A stretch of 64,000 nucleotides of DNA, from NCBI GenBank assembly GCA_964019335.1, contig OZ025732.1, positions 310,001 through 374,000 on the forward strand, given 5' to 3'. Shown here piece after piece: positions 45,190 through 54,639 of the stretch (positions are counted from its first letter, which is position 1; every line of letters starts with the position of its first letter). This DNA is from Diplonema japonicum. Taxonomy: Eukaryota > Protista > Euglenozoa: Diplonemea. Under the pieces are notes generated by a model, which was not told the DNA's origin, made no database searches, and saw only the letters and a list, made by a program, of their open reading frames with translations. The translations under genes and the position numbers were made by a program.

Positions 45190-48100
45190 ATGAAATTTGA
45201 ACGTCTCACCGAACAGGGTATCGAACCCCACCCCGGACCAGAGCCAGAACACGAGAAATTCACCATTTTCACACACAACGGCTCATCACTTAACAACAGG
45301 CTGAGCGAGTACTCCACCGTCCTCCCGGACGCATTCTGCATCCAGGAGACAGCCCTCACGGCTCAGACGCAGCTGGAAATCGAACACGTGCTGAGAGACG
45401 ATGACTGGGGCAAACGATACGCCAGATTCTGGAGCAAGCCACAGCCAGGCAGGGAGTCCAGTGGTGTCACATCTCTGACGATAGCGAAACGGGGTGGTCT
45501 AGGAACCCTGGTGAAAAAACCACGTACGGCGGTGCGCTGTGAAACGAATGGGCCGCACAGGGACAGGTGGTCACACGTGAAGATCTCACTCGATGGAAGC
45601 AAACGGTGGCTTCACCTGATCAACGTCTACTGCCACTCGGGTCAGGACCAAGCCAAGACGAAATACCGTGAAGAGCTTCTCCACTACATCCTTTGCCGTC
45701 TTAAGTTCGAACTGGGAGACGTGCCTGTGGCCGTGGTGGGCGATTTCAACACGGACGAAGTACGATCCCCCACGTTAAGGAAAGCTATACAGACAGACTG
45801 GGTAGACGCCGCTGCGTTCTGTGCAAGAAGGGATGGTGTACAGGCGGAGGACACGTTCGTTAGGACCAACTGCAGCACGAGGATTGACAGGGTCCTGCTG
45901 AATAACATCGCGGCCCAAGGTCTCGAACATTGCGGAGTAAGCGATATGATCACCGGGTCGGACCACCGATGCTTGTCGGTGACACTCAACATCCCAGCTT
46001 TTCGTCAAGAAGTCCTGAGGTACACCATCCCACAGGAGATACCGAAGACCAAGAAGGCGCCTGGCGAGGTGGCGAAGGCACTGATGCAGAAGTCGAGGTA
46101 CCGGGAGTTCATAGCAGCACAGGAGCCCACCGAAGCTTTCTCGGAGATATCAGACCTCGCAGAGGAGTACCTATTACATGGGTACAAGGGGCCGACGCGC
46201 AGCGTGTACACCGGGAGAGGCAAAGTACGGGAACCTACGAAATCGGAGCTAAGTGCGAGGTCGGCGGAGTCGGCGGTCGGAGCGGCATCGAACAGACAAC
46301 AAAGACTGGAAAAGCTGAAGCACAAGATCCGCAGTGCGCAACAGCAAATGCTAAGGCTTTATGAAAACGGACACTGCGGTCCGCTGCCGGTAGAGTTACG
46401 GAACGTCCTCAGAAATATTGCGACACTAGGAGAAGAACTGAAGGTTGACAACTGCCAGGTGGACGCGACAGGGGGTATCGACGGCATCAGGGAGGAGCTG
46501 GACATAGCAGAGGACTTCGCTCAGGGAATGCTATCAGAGCTACTCCAATACCGCAAGAGAATGCAGACGAAGGCCTACGAACGCTCAGTCCGTGCTGACT
46601 TTGGGAAAGAACGCAAGCATATCACAGCCTGGGTCAGAGACCGCCCAAACCAGAGAACGGACGTGGTTGAGGTAGCAGACGGGGGGGTGACGGCGAACCT
46701 ACAGGAAATGGACAAGGTGATGCGGAACGCGTGGTCGGGCGTCTTCTGTGCGCGAACACTCGAGGAAGAGCCACAGTATGAGCGGTTTGCACAACGTTAC
46801 GGGGACCTGATCAAGAAAGCCCCAATGGCACGGACTCCCATCACAGCAGAACAGCTGAGGGAAGTGATCAGGAAGAAGCCGGAGAAAGGAGCATGTGGCG
46901 TGGACGGTTGGCGGATGAGTGAACTGAAGCGTCTCCCAACGAGCATCCTGAAGGCTTTCGCAGACCTCTTCAACCTGATCGAGGAAACAGGCCAGTGGCC
47001 GAGACAGATCACGACAGCACTGGTGTCCCTGATTCCGAAGGGTGAGGGGTCAGCACCACTGAATCATCGTCCCATCACAGTGACCAGCACCATCTACCGC
47101 TTGTGGGCGTGTACGAGGCTGAAGGGTGTCCTTGACTGGCAAGAACGCTGGATCACGCCGAGACAGCACGGGTTTCGACCCAAACACAGTACGACAACTG
47201 CCCTCATGGAGTTATGTACCAAGCTGGAACTAGCTCTGGTGGAAGGAGAACCGCTGGAAGGACTAGCCCTAGACTTTCGAAAATGCTTCGATCTAGTGCC
47301 ACAACGGCTGTCTCTCGACCTCATGGACGCCCTGGGGATGGACCAATCCATAGGGAGAGCACTCCAAGGGATGTACACCCAAATCACAAGGAGGTTCAAG
47401 TACCCCATAGGAGTGGGAGAAACATTTGAGACAACGAACGGCATTCTCCAAGGATGCCCCCTGTCAGTCATCGTCGTCAACGCCCTGTTGTCCATCATGG
47501 TGCGGGCAGTCGAGCAAGTCGCGCCAGACGCCGAAGTGCTAGCCTACGCTGACGACGCATACCTGCTGGCAAAGCTGCGTGGCTCACTACAAGCTGCGGT
47601 CAATGGGACATTGGAGTTCTGCGACCTGACGGGGATGGAAATCAACAAGGAGAAGACTGTTGGTTTCGGCACTGCTGAAGATTTCAAGTCGAAAGTCATA
47701 GGAAACCGAACGGAGATGAGGAAAGGCTTGGAGGTCGCGGTACCCTACAAGACGGTGACAGACCTCTGCGGACTGGGGGTGAAGATCAACACACGCAGGA
47801 CAGGAACGACGTGGAACAAACCGACCACGGGGGCGCTTGGCTCGCTGGACCGACTGGGGGGCACAAGGATTGCTTTCGAAACCAAAGCACACTTGGTCAG
47901 CACGACGGTCCTGCCATCTTGCCTATACAGTGGGCCGTTCTCCCCTCCATGTGATGAGGCACTCAAGAAGCTAACGACGAAGATCACTTGTAACCTGTGG
48001 GGCCCTCATCACCGTGGACGGTCGCCCACCGCGGTAAACACAGTCCTGCTGAAGGGGCACACCAATGACCCCCTTTCCTACGTAATGTACCACTCCCTGA

Positions 48101-49383
48101 AGGTAGTATCCGGAGCACTCGATGACAGTCGGCTACGGCAGAGATGCATGCAGATCGCTGCGGGGTATGACGCGGGTTCCATCCCGATGGGGCCGGTTGG
48201 CAACCTGGTCTGCCGGTGGCTTCCCCGAATAGGATGGAGTTGGGCGCAGCTACTAGGTTGCAACACATCTTGGGCCGAACGCGGACACATCTTTAGAGAG
48301 GTGGTGAGGAAGGCCCGAAGTAGGACGCTGGCGGTCGAGAGGAGCACGATAAGCGGGATAGAGCCGGGGGCGGACCCCAAGACGAACCGATTATGGAGGA
48401 CGGCCAAGGACCCGCTCATGTCCTACAGCCTGAGACGAGTGATCGCAGGAGGGGTTCCCTACCTAAACCCGCACGCAAATGCGAAGCGAAAGAGCGTCCC
48501 ACTGGCGCCTGAAGGTGACGACAACGGTGACGACGAGGAGAACATGGGCCAGGCACCAACGACGGAGGTATCGCACACGCAAGGATTCAGATGCGACCTG
48601 TGCAAGTCTCCACACCCGGACACGGTGACCTTACTCCGCCATCAGCTGTATGAGTGCGCCTGTGCACAAGAGGAACTGGCACTAGACGGAATGGAGCCGT
48701 TGCGCAACAGATCAGGATGGCCCCTATGTCTGGAGCTGCACGCGATACTGCCGAGGGGGCATGTCTTCGCACACCTGGAGAAGCTGCAGCGATACATGGC
48801 TGTGGTGGTCGGGAAACGGGATGTGGAGCTCATGCAAATAGACAACGCCAGCACACAGCCGCTGCCGTGGGTACGCAATGTGGAGGGAAGGAGATGCCTC
48901 GTGCCAACGGCGGGGGAGCTCGAAGGAGTGGGAGGAATCGTCGCAGAATTCCTGAACCCGCTGCTGCAGTGGTTGTCACAGCTACGATGGGTGAAGGAGG
49001 ACACCAGCTCTGAAGTGTCAGCGGTGGAATTGGCCATCGACTTCGAATGGACGACAGGCAAGTTACTGGGGGGTCTGCTGGAAGATAGGGCTCGCAAGAT
49101 CAAAGCACTGATAAGAAAGCTGAACGCGGCATGCAGGGCACGGAAGAAGCCACGCCCCTTCCCAGCAGATGAACAGAAGAGAGTGAAGTCCCTCATCGCA
49201 ATAGGTGGGAAGACGGCTATGGGTTTCGCCAGGAGGCCCATCTTCGCCACCCACACCACTCACGACAAGCTGATGGAACTGAAAGCCGCTTACAAGCGAG
49301 ACCGCATCACACGACTCCGCAAGACGCTCAAGGCCTCGATTGGAACGAAAGCAATGCTCCAGAAGGGGAGTATAAAAAGATAA
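45190..49383 (+). CDS. LINE B ORF2: 2A-like peptide + APE endonuclease + RT + CCHC knuckle
   Basis: 1397-aa intact ORF; GIEPHPGP; CIQET, GDFN, TRIDR, SDH; DFRKCFD, QGCPLS, YADD; CDLC...H...C; no RNase H seen. Confidence 0.92.
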   Translation: MKFERLTEQGIEPHPGPEPEHEKFTIFTHNGSSLNNRLSEYSTVLPDAFCIQETALTAQTQLEIEHVLRDDDWGKRYARFWSKPQPGRESSGVTSLTIAKRGGLGTLVKKPRTAVRCETNGPHRDRWSHVKISLDGSKRWLHLINVYCHSGQDQAKTKYREELLHYILCRLKFELGDVPVAVVGDFNTDEVRSPTLRKAIQTDWVDAAAFCARRDGVQAEDTFVRTNCSTRIDRVLLNNIAAQGLEHCGVSDMITGSDHRCLSVTLNIPAFRQEVLRYTIPQEIPKTKKAPGEVAKALMQKSRYREFIAAQEPTEAFSEISDLAEEYLLHGYKGPTRSVYTGRGKVREPTKSELSARSAESAVGAASNRQQRLEKLKHKIRSAQQQMLRLYENGHCGPLPVELRNVLRNIATLGEELKVDNCQVDATGGIDGIREELDIAEDFAQGMLSELLQYRKRMQTKAYERSVRADFGKERKHITAWVRDRPNQRTDVVEVADGGVTANLQEMDKVMRNAWSGVFCARTLEEEPQYERFAQRYGDLIKKAPMARTPITAEQLREVIRKKPEKGACGVDGWRMSELKRLPTSILKAFADLFNLIEETGQWPRQITTALVSLIPKGEGSAPLNHRPITVTSTIYRLWACTRLKGVLDWQERWITPRQHGFRPKHSTTTALMELCTKLELALVEGEPLEGLALDFRKCFDLVPQRLSLDLMDALGMDQSIGRALQGMYTQITRRFKYPIGVGETFETTNGILQGCPLSVIVVNALLSIMVRAVEQVAPDAEVLAYADDAYLLAKLRGSLQAAVNGTLEFCDLTGMEINKEKTVGFGTAEDFKSKVIGNRTEMRKGLEVAVPYKTVTDLCGLGVKINTRRTGTTWNKPTTGALGSLDRLGGTRIAFETKAHLVSTTVLPSCLYSGPFSPPCDEALKKLTTKITCNLWGPHHRGRSPTAVNTVLLKGHTNDPLSYVMYHSLKVVSGALDDSRLRQRCMQIAAGYDAGSIPMGPVGNLVCRWLPRIGWSWAQLLGCNTSWAERGHIFREVVRKARSRTLAVERSTISGIEPGADPKTNRLWRTAKDPLMSYSLRRVIAGGVPYLNPHANAKRKSVPLAPEGDDNGDDEENMGQAPTTEVSHTQGFRCDLCKSPHPDTVTLLRHQLYECACAQEELALDGMEPLRNRSGWPLCLELHAILPRGHVFAHLEKLQRYMAVVVGKRDVELMQIDNASTQPLPWVRNVEGRRCLVPTAGELEGVGGIVAEFLNPLLQWLSQLRWVKEDTSSEVSAVELAIDFEWTTGKLLGGLLEDRARKIKALIRKLNAACRARKKPRPFPADEQKRVKSLIAIGGKTAMGFARRPIFATHTTHDKLMELKAAYKRDRITRLRKTLKASIGTKAMLQKGSIKR

Positions 49384-49611
49384 CCCCCCCTAACCCACCC
49401 AAGGGCGGCCCTCCATGAGGGGGTTTGTCCTGCACTTTGAGTTTGTTTCGTCATCAGCGGCCATCTATCAGTTCCTCCTAGTGTAGACAAGCACTACGAC
49501 ATCCACACGCTGGAGCACATCCTCATCAAAGACCCGAAGAGGGCAATCAGGTACCTTCCTTATTTTTTGGGGCCTTCTTCCAGCATAGCCGGTTCCAGAA
49601 GTTCTTTTTTT

Positions 49612-52318
49612 AGCAGACCACCCGCCGATCACTCATAGGCCCGCTTGACGACCAGGACTTCCTCACGGAGAAAGCAAGCCAATAGAATGCGATATCTCTT
49701 GGGTCGCATCCAGAAGCCAGAAGAGTGCAGAGAAAGGGGGACGCACTGCTTTCCCTGCCAAAGCTAAGTCGAGGGTGCATACCTTGCGACATATGGGGGG
49801 CCCGACGGCACACGGCTACGACAGGAGACCACTCTTCTCCTCGAGCCAAACAGCCCCTTACCTTCGCGACTCCATGTAATGTTCCTCGCCCAGATGCCGT
49901 CCATCTCATCGCGACAAACAGCCACCGCAGGCACCAGACAGCAACCGCAGAACGGTGACCGATTAGTGTGAAAGGATGATAAAAACAAGACTCAGCTATA
50001 TGCTGGAAGACCCCACATCGAACCTGCACAAACTCTGTCACACACAAGCCGGATTTCAAGCAGGCCGAACAACAATAGAACAGATTGCAGCCCTCACACA
50101 GAGGCTAAAGGACGGCCAGAAAAAGAAGAAGATCACCTACTCTATATTCCTTGACTTCGAAAAAGCCTTCGACACGGTCCAGAAAACAAAGCTAATGGAG
50201 AAGCTGACAACCATGAAACTCCCACCGCTATACTTGAACTGGATCGGCGCCTTTTTACAAAACAGACAAGCAGCTGTGAGCTTAGAAGGGGTGACAAGTG
50301 ACAGCCGCGAAAAAGAAGAAGGCGTACCGCAGGGAACGGTGCTCTCACCGCTGCTGTTCCTGTTCTACGTGGACAACATAGCGAAAGCCCTTGAGGAGGA
50401 AGGACAAGGGGTCTTTGCATCGCTGTACGCGGACGACATGGCAGCAGTGATCATCGCTGATAACCACGCTGAGGCACAAGAGAAGGCGCAAAAGGTACTA
50501 GACAAAATAGACACATGGGCCAAGGAGTGGGGCCTGAAGCTGTCCCGCAAAAAGACTTGCTACATGAGGACGGGCGGTAAGGCGAAAGGCGCACTGTACT
50601 TCACAGACGGCACGCAAAAGACGGAGGTGCAGTACGAGAAAAACCCCATGTTCCTGGGAGTGAGGTTCGACGAAGAAGTGAACTTTAAGGCACACGTGGA
50701 ACACGTCATCATCCGACTTGATGAGAGAATCAGGGTGATGCGAGCGCTGGCAGGCACGGAGTGGGGGAGTATGGCGTCCACCCTCAGGGCGCTGTATCTG
50801 ACGTACGCACTGCCAGTAGTGACATATGCGCTCGGGGTGTACGGACCTACACTAGGAAAGGAAGAAATCAAGGACCTGCAAGTGATGCACAACATAGCGG
50901 CCAGATGCATCACCGGATGCAAGCGAACGACCCCTGTCGAATCCCTATTAAGGGTAGCCCGGCTCTGGCCAATCGAAGACATGATAGGATATGAGACATC
51001 CACATGGTACGAACGGTTCCGGAGAATGGAAGGCACCAGCGGACAACTGGCGACGCAAGGTGAAGGAAAGGAAGAGCGGTCGTGGCTCCACAAGGCCCGA
51101 AAACGAGAATGCCCACGAGCTCCACTGCACAGGAAGGCAGCCATCCCACCGTGGGAGTGGAACACGCTGGAAAATTTGTGCATTAGGACAGAAGGCGAGG
51201 GGACAAAGAAGCTGGAAGTGACGAAACAGAGAACGGCTGCCCTCGAGATGATCGCCAAGCTCCCAAAAGCCGACATCACCGTCTACACCGATGGGTCAGT
51301 CGAAGAGGGCAAGGGCGGCGCAGGAATCGTGATTGAAAGGGCCGAGGGGACGGCGACAGAGATAAGCGTAGGCGTCTGCAACCTGTGTGACAGTTTTCAA
51401 GCAGAGATGAACGCCATCAACACGGCGCTAGCGAGGCTCGTGAAGGAGGACACGCAAGGGGCGCAGATCAACCTGCTGACAGACTCTATGGCGTGCCTGC
51501 AAAAGCTTAAGCAAGGTCCCGCAAAGCAACAAGAAGACATGGTGGTCGAGGCATGGCACAACATACACGCACTGACAACGAGAGGAAACCACCTCACATG
51601 CTGCTTTATCCCAGGCCACTGCGGAATAGAAGGAAACGAGAAGGCAGACCAACTCGCCAGCAACGGCAGAGACAAGGAAGCAACACAGAAGATCAGCATG
51701 GGTGCAGCGAAGAACTACATGAGAAAAACCGGAAAGCAGGAAATATTAGCAAGGCTAAATAAGGAAAAGACATACAATAAGTGGGCAGGTAGAACGGAAG
51801 CACCCAAAAGGATGGAAGGGCTGAACAGGAAGGAAGAGGTGCTGATCAACCAGCTGAAGACTGGGCACCATGACCTGCTGAAGGTAGGATACGCCGAGCA
51901 GCGAATTTGCGTAAAGTGTGGCCCCAACACGAAGCGAACCCTCCAACATCTCTTCCTAGACTGTCCGTCATCCAAAGCAAGCAGGGACAAACACTTCGAC
52001 ACCCTGACGCTGAGACACATCCTTGCGGAGAACCCACGAAAAGCAATCCAATATCTCGAAGATACCGGGGACCTGCCCCCCTCCGCAACAACTCCACAAC
52101 AACCAACTAACCTGCCGAAGTAGCATGCCAATCAGAAGGCGGCTGAGGCACTTCTGATTCATTCAGAATCCCGAGATCCCATCCCAGATCCCCAATCCTG
52201 TTTCTCGCAGAAACAGAGAACACCACCAACCCCCCCACTACAGCAGCCGACGAGACAGACGTAGCAGTGAAAATAAAAAAGCCCCCCTGAACAAGTTTTC
52301 CCCCACCCCTATAACGTG

Positions 52319-52361
<43 letters not shown>

Positions 52362-52570
52362 ACTGAGGTCCGGCACCCGCAGTAGCCAAAAAAAAAAAAA
52401 AAAAAAAAAAAGTGTAAAGTGCCAAACAGCCAGCAAAGCTTGTGGAATGAGAACACCAGTACGGTCATGAGTACCCGGGCAACCGGGTGAGCGTCTCGTG
52501 ACACTTCCAACCCACTTAGTGGGTGCGGCCTTAGCAAGTCGAAGAGGAAGTGGAATTTAAAAAATAAAAA
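49612..52570 (+). mobile_element. LINE C: 5'-truncated Ingi/I-like non-LTR retrotransposon with poly(A)
   Basis: RT-RNase H ORF; 3' UTR with internal A-tracts; terminal module ending GTGGAATTT(A)n; 5' boundary approximate. Confidence 0.85.
49976..52123 (+). CDS. LINE C ORF2 remnant: RT + RNase H + CCHC finger
   Basis: QAGFQ, DFEKAFD, GVPQGTVLSP, YADD; YTDGS, AEMNAI, TDS, PGHCGIEGNEKAD; CVKC...HLFLDC. Confidence 0.9.
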   Translation: MIKTRLSYMLEDPTSNLHKLCHTQAGFQAGRTTIEQIAALTQRLKDGQKKKKITYSIFLDFEKAFDTVQKTKLMEKLTTMKLPPLYLNWIGAFLQNRQAAVSLEGVTSDSREKEEGVPQGTVLSPLLFLFYVDNIAKALEEEGQGVFASLYADDMAAVIIADNHAEAQEKAQKVLDKIDTWAKEWGLKLSRKKTCYMRTGGKAKGALYFTDGTQKTEVQYEKNPMFLGVRFDEEVNFKAHVEHVIIRLDERIRVMRALAGTEWGSMASTLRALYLTYALPVVTYALGVYGPTLGKEEIKDLQVMHNIAARCITGCKRTTPVESLLRVARLWPIEDMIGYETSTWYERFRRMEGTSGQLATQGEGKEERSWLHKARKRECPRAPLHRKAAIPPWEWNTLENLCIRTEGEGTKKLEVTKQRTAALEMIAKLPKADITVYTDGSVEEGKGGAGIVIERAEGTATEISVGVCNLCDSFQAEMNAINTALARLVKEDTQGAQINLLTDSMACLQKLKQGPAKQQEDMVVEAWHNIHALTTRGNHLTCCFIPGHCGIEGNEKADQLASNGRDKEATQKISMGAAKNYMRKTGKQEILARLNKEKTYNKWAGRTEAPKRMEGLNRKEEVLINQLKTGHHDLLKVGYAEQRICVKCGPNTKRTLQHLFLDCPSSKASRDKHFDTLTLRHILAENPRKAIQYLEDTGDLPPSATTPQQPTNLPK

Positions 52571-52757
52571 AAAAGTGTGAATTTCTTCTTGAACAGTGAG
52601 CACCCCCATGCACACTGAAACTTTATCGAATTTTTTGGAGATTCGTTCCAGTGTTTTGTTAGTTTCATTAGCTCTTTTGCTTTTGTATTTTCATTTTTAT
52701 TTTTTTACTTATTCTCAATTATTAACTTTGCACAAATAAAAGGGATACCACATACCC

Positions 52758-53035
52758 ATGAGCGGGAACGAAGGACCACCGACAGTAACGCTGCAGGCGA
52801 GGCATTGAGGCAGTGGCTTCGGAGGAGATGATGAAGGTGAAGGAGGGGATCGCGTCGATGGGATGGTTGGATGTGGACATCCTCACCCTCACCTTCGATG
52901 GGGTGGTGGTGGTGGCTGCTGGAGACGGCAGTAGGGACAGCTCGTCGGAGATCTTCCTTTTGAGGTAGAAGTATGCTTGAAGTGGTGTGCAAGAGGCAGG
53001 CGGCTCTGTTGAAGCTTTCTGAGATGGGGATCAAG
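52758..53035 (+). pseudogene. Decayed 5' (Ubl) part of a Ubl-ankyrin gene
   Basis: With its upstream region 52632-52757, matches 41105-41535 with indels. Confidence 0.85.
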
Positions 53036-53923
53036 GTGACTGAAATGGTTTTAAGTTAGGAAATAGATAAAAAGGGGTGGGAAAGAATAAATACTGCATA
53101 CGAAAACAGAGAGTCGAGTAAAAAAGGGAAAAGGTGACTGACATCCTCAAGAGGAGCCTCCCACGTACCAGGAATTAAGCAGAGGTTGCTTCCATGGCCC
53201 GTATCAGTCTATCGCCAGAAGAAATAATGAAAATAACATAACAAAGAGAAGGGGAGAAGAAACGGAAAAAGACGGCTTGGTCATCAGAGAGTGTTGACCC
53301 AAATGCGTCGGCGGACGCAGTTTAACGTCATACCCGGGACGGAAACCATGTTGGGAAAGCAGAAGGGAAGTTAAAAGTCAAGAAGTGGAAAAGGAAAAGG
53401 TGGAAACTAAAATCATAGGGTGCGAGGTCTGTGAAGGTGAGAGGAAGGGATTTTGTTTAGTTTTGTTTTTGAAAGAGAAGAACAAGAGATAAACGTGGGC
53501 ATCATTCATTCTATTATTCGTTGATCCTACTGTAGGTGGGGACGGCTTGCAATCCATTGAAAGAAGAAGAACGCTTACCAGCTTGCACAAGCAATCAGCC
53601 GACTTTTTTAGCAAGCAGGATGTCTGATTTAAAGGAGGGGAAAGAATATATTAATGGGAATCGTGGCTACCGCACGGAAGATCTTCACTTGTTTCGTCAT
53701 CAGTGGTCATCCATCATCGAACACTTCCTTCTGTATAGTGTCCAGCAGCCAAGGCTGCCAGCACATCCTTAAACACCGAAGGGCGATTCTGTTTCTTTCA
53801 GAGACAGAAGACCTACCCACCACAGCAGCAGCCGGCCGGTTCTTGATTATCTCTTTTGCTTTTTTATTTTCACCTTTTGCTTCTTCTCCATAATTAACTT
53901 TGCACAAATATAAAGGATACCAC

Positions 53924-54619
53924 ATGAACGATATGACGGTGTTCGTGAAGACGGGAGGCGGGGTTCACGATGTGGAAGTGTCGGGGAAGGAGACGGTGGG
54001 GGGCCTGTACAAGAAGGCGGGGTGTGCTGCTGGTTTACTCGAAGGCAGGTTCAGACTGGTTTGGGAGGGAGAGGCCCTGAGCAGGAGCAGGGGCGATGAG
54101 CTTCAGGAGGTTGGGCTCGTGGAGGGCTCCGTGGTCCATGCGGAGGAGAATACAAGAACCGTTCGTCTGGAGGAGCTGAAGGACAGGAGCTCAGGAGTTG
54201 TTTCTGAGCTTGAAGGGCTGGTGACAGCTGACCCGGAGCTAGTTCTGGTGGTGGAGGTGGGGGACTCTGTCGATGTATTGTCCATGAAGAAGGAGGACCT
54301 TCCTTCTGGACTTCGGTTCCTCGTTGTCACCGACTCCGCAGGCTGTGTTACACAAATAGGCAGTGGATTTCTTTATAAGTGCGACCTGACGTCTGTCGTT
54401 CTCATCCTCCCCAATGTAACTTGCATTCAGAGTACCTTCTTGTCAGGTTGCAAGGAGCTAGAAATCGTCGACTTGGGTCCGATGACCCATGTTGATTTCA
54501 TTGGTCCTGCATTTCTGCAGATATGCGCAAGGCTGAAGACCATCAACCACAGGTTATTGATTGAGGTACCGCTACTACGGCGGTACGCCTCACCCACCAC
54601 CGAGTCCACACTGTCCTGA
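53924..54619 (+). CDS. Ubl + LRR protein, probably 3'-truncated
   Basis: MNDMTVFVKTGGGVHDVEVSGKETV...FRLVWEG Ubl; LRRs as in 37222-38058. Confidence 0.7.
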   Translation: MNDMTVFVKTGGGVHDVEVSGKETVGGLYKKAGCAAGLLEGRFRLVWEGEALSRSRGDELQEVGLVEGSVVHAEENTRTVRLEELKDRSSGVVSELEGLVTADPELVLVVEVGDSVDVLSMKKEDLPSGLRFLVVTDSAGCVTQIGSGFLYKCDLTSVVLILPNVTCIQSTFLSGCKELEIVDLGPMTHVDFIGPAFLQICARLKTINHRLLIEVPLLRRYASPTTESTLS

Positions 54620-54639
54620 GTAAAGAAGATTGAGATGAT

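Larger units (their letters stand above)
42603..49441 (+). mobile_element. LINE B: full-length, apparently intact APE-type non-LTR retrotransposon
   Basis: TSD TTTGTT at 42597-42602 and 49442-49447; joined flanks match an empty paralogous site at 53682-53716 (31/35 nt); two intact ORFs. Confidence 0.92.

Noticed and set aside
49385-49441. HDV-like ribozyme at the LINE B 3' end
   Set aside because: No P4 or catalytic C-containing J4/2 strand; it folds more simply as one hairpin
28341-52131. Long minus-strand ORFs opposite the LINEs (e.g. 28341-29582, 32157-33308, 50560-51279)
   Set aside because: Antisense shadows of GC-rich coding sequence; Ser/Leu/Pro-rich with no recognisable motifs
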